In this document: piece by piece, positions 58,285-64,000 of the stretch
How the letters are laid out: each line of letters starts with the position of its first letter
How positions within the stretch are numbered: position 1 is the stretch's first letter
NCBI GenBank assembly: GCA_963708075.1
Contig: OY970194.1
Coordinates: 5,120,001 to 5,184,000 of the forward strand
Reading direction: 5' to 3'
Origin: Sedimentisphaerales bacterium
Lineage (GTDB): Bacteria > Planctomycetota > Phycisphaerae > Sedimentisphaerales > Anaerobacaceae
Length of the DNA: 64,000 nucleotides
The notes under the pieces: model-generated
Database searches by the model: none
Seen by the model: only the letters and a program-made list of their open reading frames with translations
Told to the model about the DNA's origin: nothing
Made by a program: the position numbers and the translations under genes

Positions 58285-58527
58285 GCAACAACAACTTCCA
58301 CTATCTTCGGCTCACCAGGGTAAACGCTTACCCCGCGCGGGCACGAAAGAGCCCATTCTGGCAAAACCAAGCCCCGCCGTCAAGGAATTCGCAGTTTTGT
58401 GAAAAAGGCGGGCGCCACCGGCATACGGCGACGCCCCCCTCGCCAACCAACCCCCGTCAGGCCACATAGGCTTTGTTCTCGCCGACGCAGGTGTACACGA
58501 GGTCCACACGTATTCGATGACAGGCGG

Positions 58528-58800
58528 CTAGGATACTAGCGGGTCGAACAATTCTCGTTGCCCGGAATCATCTGCCGCTTCCCTCAACCTCACTGAGGTC
58601 GGAATAAGGATGAAATGGCCATCCGGGTGAACGGACACTTCGACCTCAATCCTCTCAAGATCTTGCCCTGCCCGGATTCCATACCGGTATCGGATGGCTT
58701 CTCCAATGGACTGGCTGCCGCCCATGCCGCGTTCCGATACGAGCCTGTGAAAGGACCATGCCTGTGAATTGTGAACGAGGCCGGGTCGGTTGGAAGGACC
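58528..58800 (-). pseudogene. 5'-truncated foreign gene fragment
   Basis: Frame stays open upstream of ORF 58528..58725 (..AWSFHRLVSERGMGGSQSIGEAIRYRYG..) up to the adjacent repeat element. Confidence 0.3.
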
Positions 58801-58830
58801 AGTTTGGGGTGAGGGCGCCCGTAGGTCGTC

Positions 58831-59159
58831 GGGTGTGGTCGGAATACGGTGGCGGCGTGTAGCCGCCGTGTGCGGACTGCGCCTCTTTCGTCCCTTATGG
58901 GACTGGCTTTTGTCCCCGGCCCCGGTTCCCCAGCGATCAATCGCTGGGCTATTCTCTATCGCCCTGCGGGCTTGGACTTCGCTTCAGTCCTCTTGCGTCG
59001 GCCCGTCCGCCCCACGGGGGCGATCGACACTAGCCCACCGTTTCAACGGTGGGTACGATAGTCAATCCTATCTCAAAGCCCCGCAGGGGCGAAAGAAGAC
59101 TGGGCTACGCTCTTGTGTCGGCTGGAATCCGAAGCCGCCACCGAAGGCCGACCGCACCC
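58831..59159. mobile_element. GGGTGTGGTCGG-type REPIN enclosing IS200/IS605-like palindromic ends
   Basis: Outer GGGTGTGGTCGG..CCGACCGCACCC; inner CCCAGCGATCAATCGCTGGG, CCCACCGTTTCAACGGTGGG and GCCCCGCAGGGGC hairpins. Confidence 0.6.
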
Positions 59160-59369
59160 GAGGTCGTCGGGGGTCACGACTTTGGGTTGACCTGGGTGGG
59201 GGAGTTTGGTAGACTGAAGGGTCGGCCGGGTGTCTTTGGGCATGTGTGCGAAAACCCGGCGTCTTCCGGGAGGATACATGTGGAGGCATGGACTATGGAG
59301 GACGGACATTCTGCAGTAGCAATTCACGCCGCAAGAGGGACTTGCCACTTCTTCGAAAGGAGGACTGTC

Positions 59370-62219
59370 ATGTGCAGAGTATGGGTGTATGTGCTTTGTG
59401 GCGTCCTGGCGCTCGGGTGGTCCGGGGCGATCGTCCGGGGTGCGGAGAACCAGATCAAAAACGGCGAGTTTGACAACGACCTTGATTCCTGGAATCGCTA
59501 TGGGACCAGCGGCTACACGCGGATCGTGGTGCAGGACGCCGGTCTTTCCGGGGACAACGCGCTGTTGATCGACGTCACCGACGCGGCCGGAACCACGGCC
59601 ATCGGGACGGCCCAGTCGGGCTTGCGAATCGAGCCGGGGGTCACCTATCCCATCGGTCTTACGGCCATGGCCGACCAGGACCGGGAAATGGTCGTGCTGC
59701 TGCAGGCCAGCATCGCCGGCACTTACCCAACCTACCTGACCAGGACGATTCAACTGACGACCCAGCCGCAGACCTTCACCATCGAGTATACCCACAGCGG
59801 CTCGGTGATTGGCGACGAGCCCGGCGAGACGCTGACGCTCTACCTGATGCTGAAGGGGGCCTGGTGGACCATGAAGGGCAGCGACCTGAACAAGCGGGTC
59901 TGGATCGATCGGGTCTACTTCGGCGCCGTGCCGCCTCCGCCGCCTCGTGACCTTGCGACGAAGCCGAGCCCGGCCACTGGAGCCACTGACGTGCCGCGGG
60001 ACGTGGTCCTGAGCTGGACGGCGGGTGCGTTCGCGGACACACATGACGTCTACTTCGGCACGTCCTCCGCCGATGTCAACACGGCCGGCCGGACCGATCC
60101 CCGGGGCGTGCTGGCCAGTCAGGGCCAGGCCGATAGCTCCTACGATCCACCCGGGCGGCTCCAGTTCGGCCAGACCTATTACTGGCGCGTCGACGAGGTC
60201 AATGCGCCGCCGGATTCCACGATTACCAAGGGCAAAGTCTGGAGTCTCACCGTCGAGCCGTTCGTCTACCCTGTTCAGAACATCATCGCCACGGCCTCCA
60301 GCTCCGACACAAACATAAGTCCTCAGAGTACCGTCGATGGCTCCGGGCTGACCGGCGACCTGCACTCGACCCTGACTACGGCCATGTGGGTCACACGCAT
60401 GGGCGCAGCGCCGCCCATCTGGATCCGATACGAGTTCGACAGGGCCTACAAGCTGCACGAGATGTGGGTCTGGAACTACAATTCGGACTACGAGGTGTTC
60501 TTTGGCTGCGGGTTCAAGGATGTCACCGTCGAGTACTCCTCCAACGGCACGGACTGGACCGCGCTGGGTCGGTTCGAGTTTGCCCGGGCGCCGGGAGTGA
60601 AGGATTATGAGCACGGCACGACCGTGGATTTCCAGGGTGTGATGGCCAAATACGTCCGCCTCACCGCCGGCAGCAAATGGGGTGAGATGTTGCCGCAGTA
60701 CGGGTTGAGCGAAGTGCGGTTCCTCTATCTGCCCGTCCATCCGAGGGAATCCAGCCCGCCTCCCGGGCAGACCGGGGTGCCGGTTGATGTCGTGCTGAGC
60801 TGGCGGCCGGGACGGGAAGCGGCCTCGCACGAGGTCTACTTCAGCGCCGACAAGCAGGCCGTGACCGATGGAACGGCACTCGTCGATACGGTGGCCGAAA
60901 GCCTCTATGATCCCGGCGCGCTCGGCCTTCTCTATGGTCAGACCTACTACTGGAAGGTCAACGAGGTCAACGCCGCCGCGAGCCCCCCTTCCTGGCCGGG
61001 CGACGTATGGGATTTCACGCTGATCGATCATCTCGTCATTGATGACTTCGAAAGCTACACCGACGACTCGCCCAACCGGATTTTCCAGACCTGGTTGGAC
61101 GGCTATGGCTATACGGACCCCGAGCCCGTCAAGGGCAACGGCACCGGCTCGATCATCGGCAACACCGATGCGCCGTTCGCCGAGCGCGCCGTGGTCCACG
61201 GCGGCCGCCAGGCGATGCCGATGGACTACAACAACATGATCCAGCCCTACTACTCCGAGGCCCAGCGCACGTGGGACACGCCCCAGGACTGGACCGGCAA
61301 CGGCGCGGATATGCTGCAACTGTACTTCCACGGCTGGCCGGCCAAGTTCCACGAGCCGCAGCCGGGCACCTATCTCGTCGGCTCGACGAGCGGTGACATC
61401 TCGGGCACCGCCGACCATATGCGCTTCGTGTACAAGCGGCTCACCGGTGACGCCACCATCGTGGCGAAGGTCCACAGCGTGACGAACACGTGGCCCTGGG
61501 CCAAGGCCGGCGTGACGATCCGCGAGGGGCTGACCCCGGACGCGACGCATGCGATCATGTTCATGACGCCGCCGGGCCGGCCCGCCTTTGAGAACCGCAG
61601 GACCACCGGCGGGGTCTCGTACTCGGCCTACGGCAATACCGGGGAAGCGACCTTCCCGCAGTGGATCAAGCTCGAGCGCAAGGGCAATCAGTTCACCGGG
61701 TACCGGTCCAACGATGGAGTGACCTGGACCCCACAGATGAATAACGGCGGCGGCGATTCCCCGAACCCGCAGGCCATCGTCATGATGGAGAGCAGCGTTT
61801 ATGTCGGGATGTTCGTCACCAGCAACAACCTGACCCAACCTTGCATCGGCGAGTTCTCGGATGTGACGATCACGGGCAATGTCTCCGGCGACTGGCAGAT
61901 TGGCGACGTCGGCCCCAGCATCCCCGGCAACACGGCCGACACGCTCTATCTCGTCGTCAAGGACAGTGCCGGGCACGTCGCGACCATCAAGCATCCTGCT
62001 TCCGACGCGCTTCTGGGCGTCGATTGGCAGCAGTGGAACGTGCCGCTGAGCGATCTCACGTCCGCCGGGGTGAATCCGGCCCGCGTGGTCAAGCTGTCCA
62101 TCGGCGCCGGCAATCCGGCCGACCCGGCCTCCGGCGGCGCCGGCAAGCTCTACATCGACGATATCCGGGTCACCCGGCAGGCCCTGCACGAAGACCCCAA
62201 CGCTGCCGCCGCAAAGTGA
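59370..62219 (+). CDS. Large secreted protein: CBM4/9-like N-terminus + discoidin-like and beta-sandwich domains (paralog of 22378..25342)
   Basis: AAGGAGG RBS, signal peptide, IKNGEFD, YYWRVDEVN repeats, WVWNYN..VEYSSNG..GLSEVRF, DDFESYTDDSPNRIFQTW, LYIDDI. Confidence 0.85.
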   Translation: MCRVWVYVLCGVLALGWSGAIVRGAENQIKNGEFDNDLDSWNRYGTSGYTRIVVQDAGLSGDNALLIDVTDAAGTTAIGTAQSGLRIEPGVTYPIGLTAMADQDREMVVLLQASIAGTYPTYLTRTIQLTTQPQTFTIEYTHSGSVIGDEPGETLTLYLMLKGAWWTMKGSDLNKRVWIDRVYFGAVPPPPPRDLATKPSPATGATDVPRDVVLSWTAGAFADTHDVYFGTSSADVNTAGRTDPRGVLASQGQADSSYDPPGRLQFGQTYYWRVDEVNAPPDSTITKGKVWSLTVEPFVYPVQNIIATASSSDTNISPQSTVDGSGLTGDLHSTLTTAMWVTRMGAAPPIWIRYEFDRAYKLHEMWVWNYNSDYEVFFGCGFKDVTVEYSSNGTDWTALGRFEFARAPGVKDYEHGTTVDFQGVMAKYVRLTAGSKWGEMLPQYGLSEVRFLYLPVHPRESSPPPGQTGVPVDVVLSWRPGREAASHEVYFSADKQAVTDGTALVDTVAESLYDPGALGLLYGQTYYWKVNEVNAAASPPSWPGDVWDFTLIDHLVIDDFESYTDDSPNRIFQTWLDGYGYTDPEPVKGNGTGSIIGNTDAPFAERAVVHGGRQAMPMDYNNMIQPYYSEAQRTWDTPQDWTGNGADMLQLYFHGWPAKFHEPQPGTYLVGSTSGDISGTADHMRFVYKRLTGDATIVAKVHSVTNTWPWAKAGVTIREGLTPDATHAIMFMTPPGRPAFENRRTTGGVSYSAYGNTGEATFPQWIKLERKGNQFTGYRSNDGVTWTPQMNNGGGDSPNPQAIVMMESSVYVGMFVTSNNLTQPCIGEFSDVTITGNVSGDWQIGDVGPSIPGNTADTLYLVVKDSAGHVATIKHPASDALLGVDWQQWNVPLSDLTSAGVNPARVVKLSIGAGNPADPASGGAGKLYIDDIRVTRQALHEDPNAAAAK

Positions 62220-62246
62220 CCTCAGCAGAGACCGAAGGATGACCAC

Positions 62247-62278
62247 AGAAGGGGCTGCCTCCTCGCAGCCCCTTCTCT
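62247..62278 (+). terminator. Probable terminator hairpin
   Basis: AGAAGGGGCTGC..GCAGCCCCTTCT just after the stop at 62219. Confidence 0.55.
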
Positions 62279-62338
62279 TGCTCAGAGCGAAACACAAGCC
62301 GGCAGCCCTACGCACAAACGCAAAGCCGTTCCAGAAAT

Positions 62339-62616
62339 GGGTGGCAGCGGCAAGCGGAGCTTGCCGATGGTTTGCCCATTCGCCATCGGCAAAGCCTTCG
62401 GCCTTGCCGCTGCCACCCGTCTGGGTAGCTTGCATCGGACCCATCACAAGGAAATGGGACGAACCCAACTCGTTTGGCGGTGCTCATTCGATGGCGTTTG
62501 CCCATGGGATTTCGAATGGTCAGGCTCACTCGAATGAGCCTGTAGGGTGGGTCCTTGACCCACGCGGTCGTTCGAGTGAAGCATTCCCCAACGCGTGGGT
62601 TGAGAACCCATCCTAC
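62339..62616. repeat. GGGTGGCAGCG REPIN (62339..62418) plus GTAG REPIN (~62542..62616)
   Basis: Inverted doublets matching other copies in the window. Confidence 0.8.
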
Positions 62617-62788
62617 CTGTTGCCGCCATGCCTCGTCGGAGGAACGGAACAATCTGATGGTCACATGATTTGTGAAACGCGACGGGTGGCCGCAGCAGGC
62701 GCAGTATCCCCCCTGAATCTGTCAAAGACGAGCAGACTTGCAGGCCAGTCACGAACAGAGCCTGACGCCAAGCTCCGCCGTGCGCTGA

Positions 62789-63433
62789 TCAGCGGAGTCG
62801 GCGCGAGGCGGTGCAGACCAGGCCGATGCCGAGCAGCAGCAGAGCGCCAGGCGCCGGAATGCAAGCGGGACCGCTGTTATCGATATAGGTGCGAAAGCCA
62901 AGGTCCGAACCGGTCTGGGGGCTGTACGCGCTGGAGATGACGATCGGGCTGCCCGTGTAGACTGTCGTATAGAACTCGCCGTCGGCGTAGTGGTTGCCAT
63001 GGCTCGAGCCTGTCCACCAGGCCGCGGAAGAGTCCGATCCCTGTCCCGCGTCAACGATCGCCAGCACGTCGCCGGGGCTCACGAGGATGCCGAACGAGCC
63101 GATGTTCGCTCCATAGAACGTGGGGTCCTCGTCGCCGCCATAGGTGACCACGGCAGAGGCCAGCGCCGTAGAGCCGAAGACAGGCACGCCCGCCACCGTG
63201 GGATGGATCTCAAAGAGCCGCGAATCGCGGTCGCTCGCGCTGACCAGAACCTCGAACCGGGAGAGCAGGCCCTCCATGCCCACGGTGAAGGTCTGGGCAC
63301 GGGTCAGGGGACCGAGCACAGCGTACCCGTCGGGATCAGCCGGCGCGAAGTCCTGGTCGAGAATGGGCGCCGCCTCCGCGGAAAGACCGAAAAGACTCAA
63401 CAGCAGGATACTCAGGAAAAGTGGCTTTCTCAT
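62789..63433 (-). CDS. Secreted protein with PEP-CTERM-like (IPAPG) tail
   Basis: Signal peptide MRKPLFLSILL.., AQTFTVG, DLGFRTY, IPAPGALLLLGIGLV..RRLR. Confidence 0.85.
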   Translation of the reverse strand: MRKPLFLSILLLSLFGLSAEAAPILDQDFAPADPDGYAVLGPLTRAQTFTVGMEGLLSRFEVLVSASDRDSRLFEIHPTVAGVPVFGSTALASAVVTYGGDEDPTFYGANIGSFGILVSPGDVLAIVDAGQGSDSSAAWWTGSSHGNHYADGEFYTTVYTGSPIVISSAYSPQTGSDLGFRTYIDNSGPACIPAPGALLLLGIGLVCTASRRLR

Positions 63434-63755
63434 AGGCCCTCCTTGGCACGTCCACCAACCATCATCCATATCCATTACGGCTGCCGCTGCGGCCACGCCG
63501 TGCGGCTCAGACATTCCGGTGCAACGTCACCATCCTCCATCCTGATGCACATGAATCCTACTCCGGTCCGGTCGCACGCCGCAAATGAAAAACCTCCCAA
63601 AACCGGAAAAAGTGTCTGGGCAGATTTTAGAGCCCGGTGCTTTGAATACCGGAGAGTCAACAGACCGGCAATGATGACGCGGCCGGGTGGGACGCAAAGG
63701 GGCTGCGCAAAGACAGGACGCAGCCCCGAAGAAGTCTGCGGGTATCGAGGTTCAG

Positions 63756-64000
63756 TTACAGCGTCCTGCGTCTTCGCAGCCAGGCGACCAGACCGGTGCC
63801 GAGACTGCTGAGAAGGATGGCTCCGGGGGCCGGGACCACAGGCTCAACAATGATGGTAGTCGCGTCGATGTCACCGATGAGGTTGATGGAATCGTTGCCG
63901 CACCAGACGGTGAAGTGGGTGCCCACAAGCTCACCGATGTCACCGCCATCCCCGGGGAAGATGTTCCGTGGCACGGCGGCTTCGAGAATATACGTGCCGG
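63756..64000 (-). CDS. PEP-CTERM-like protein, C-terminal part (start beyond right edge)
   Basis: ..[38 protein letters not shown]. Confidence 0.8.
   Translation of the reverse strand, partial: GTYILEAAVPRNIFPGDGGDIGELVGTHFTVWCGNDSINLIGDIDATTIIVEPVVPAPGAILLSSLGTGLVAWLRRRRTL

Noticed and set aside
59073..62468. 1131-aa minus-strand ORF (likewise 5341..7110, 22342..24213, 37036..38574, 47366..48949, 57082..58323)
   Set aside because: Antisense shadows of well-supported genes on the opposite strand.

Overview
GC-rich bacterial chromosomal DNA. By inference it is Planctomycetota (Phycisphaerae/Sedimentisphaerales-like), based on VPAPGA-type PEP-CTERM tails, Tat-exported oxidoreductases and large discoidin/CBM secreted proteins. 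Recognisable core genes are dnaK, mcsA-mcsB, coaD, lgt, rmuC, nagB, a PpiC-type foldase, an RND efflux operon, an APC permease and a hybrid histidine kinase. Between them sit more AT-rich accessory genes: a PIN-domain protein, an HNH-AP2 endonuclease, a PaeR7I-like restriction-modification pair, a DUF4160/DUF2442 toxin-antitoxin pair, a truncated PD-(D/E)xK nuclease and an AAA ATPase + DUF4276 pair. Intergenic DNA is dense with palindromic and periodic repeat families (GTAG- and GGGTG-type REP/REPIN, dRS3-like palindromes, 7-mer tracts). No transposase or integrase gene is intact. Main observations: (i) a short terminal motif (CCTGACACC/CCTGACCCC..TTTAATTCCCC) marks the edges of foreign, often truncated cargo; (ii) a ~300-bp inverted repeat brackets the HNH/RM islet; (iii) a duplicated mcsB 3' end brackets the TA pair; (iv) nested REPINs have 11-bp flanking direct repeats; (v) dnaK has a sigma-54 promoter; (vi) about 11 single-base frameshifts occur, four of them at the same GGTCTC/GAGACC motif, suggesting methylation-linked long-read errors rather than true pseudogenes. 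No rRNA, tRNA or CRISPR array was seen. All family assignments come from motif recognition by eye, not from database searches.
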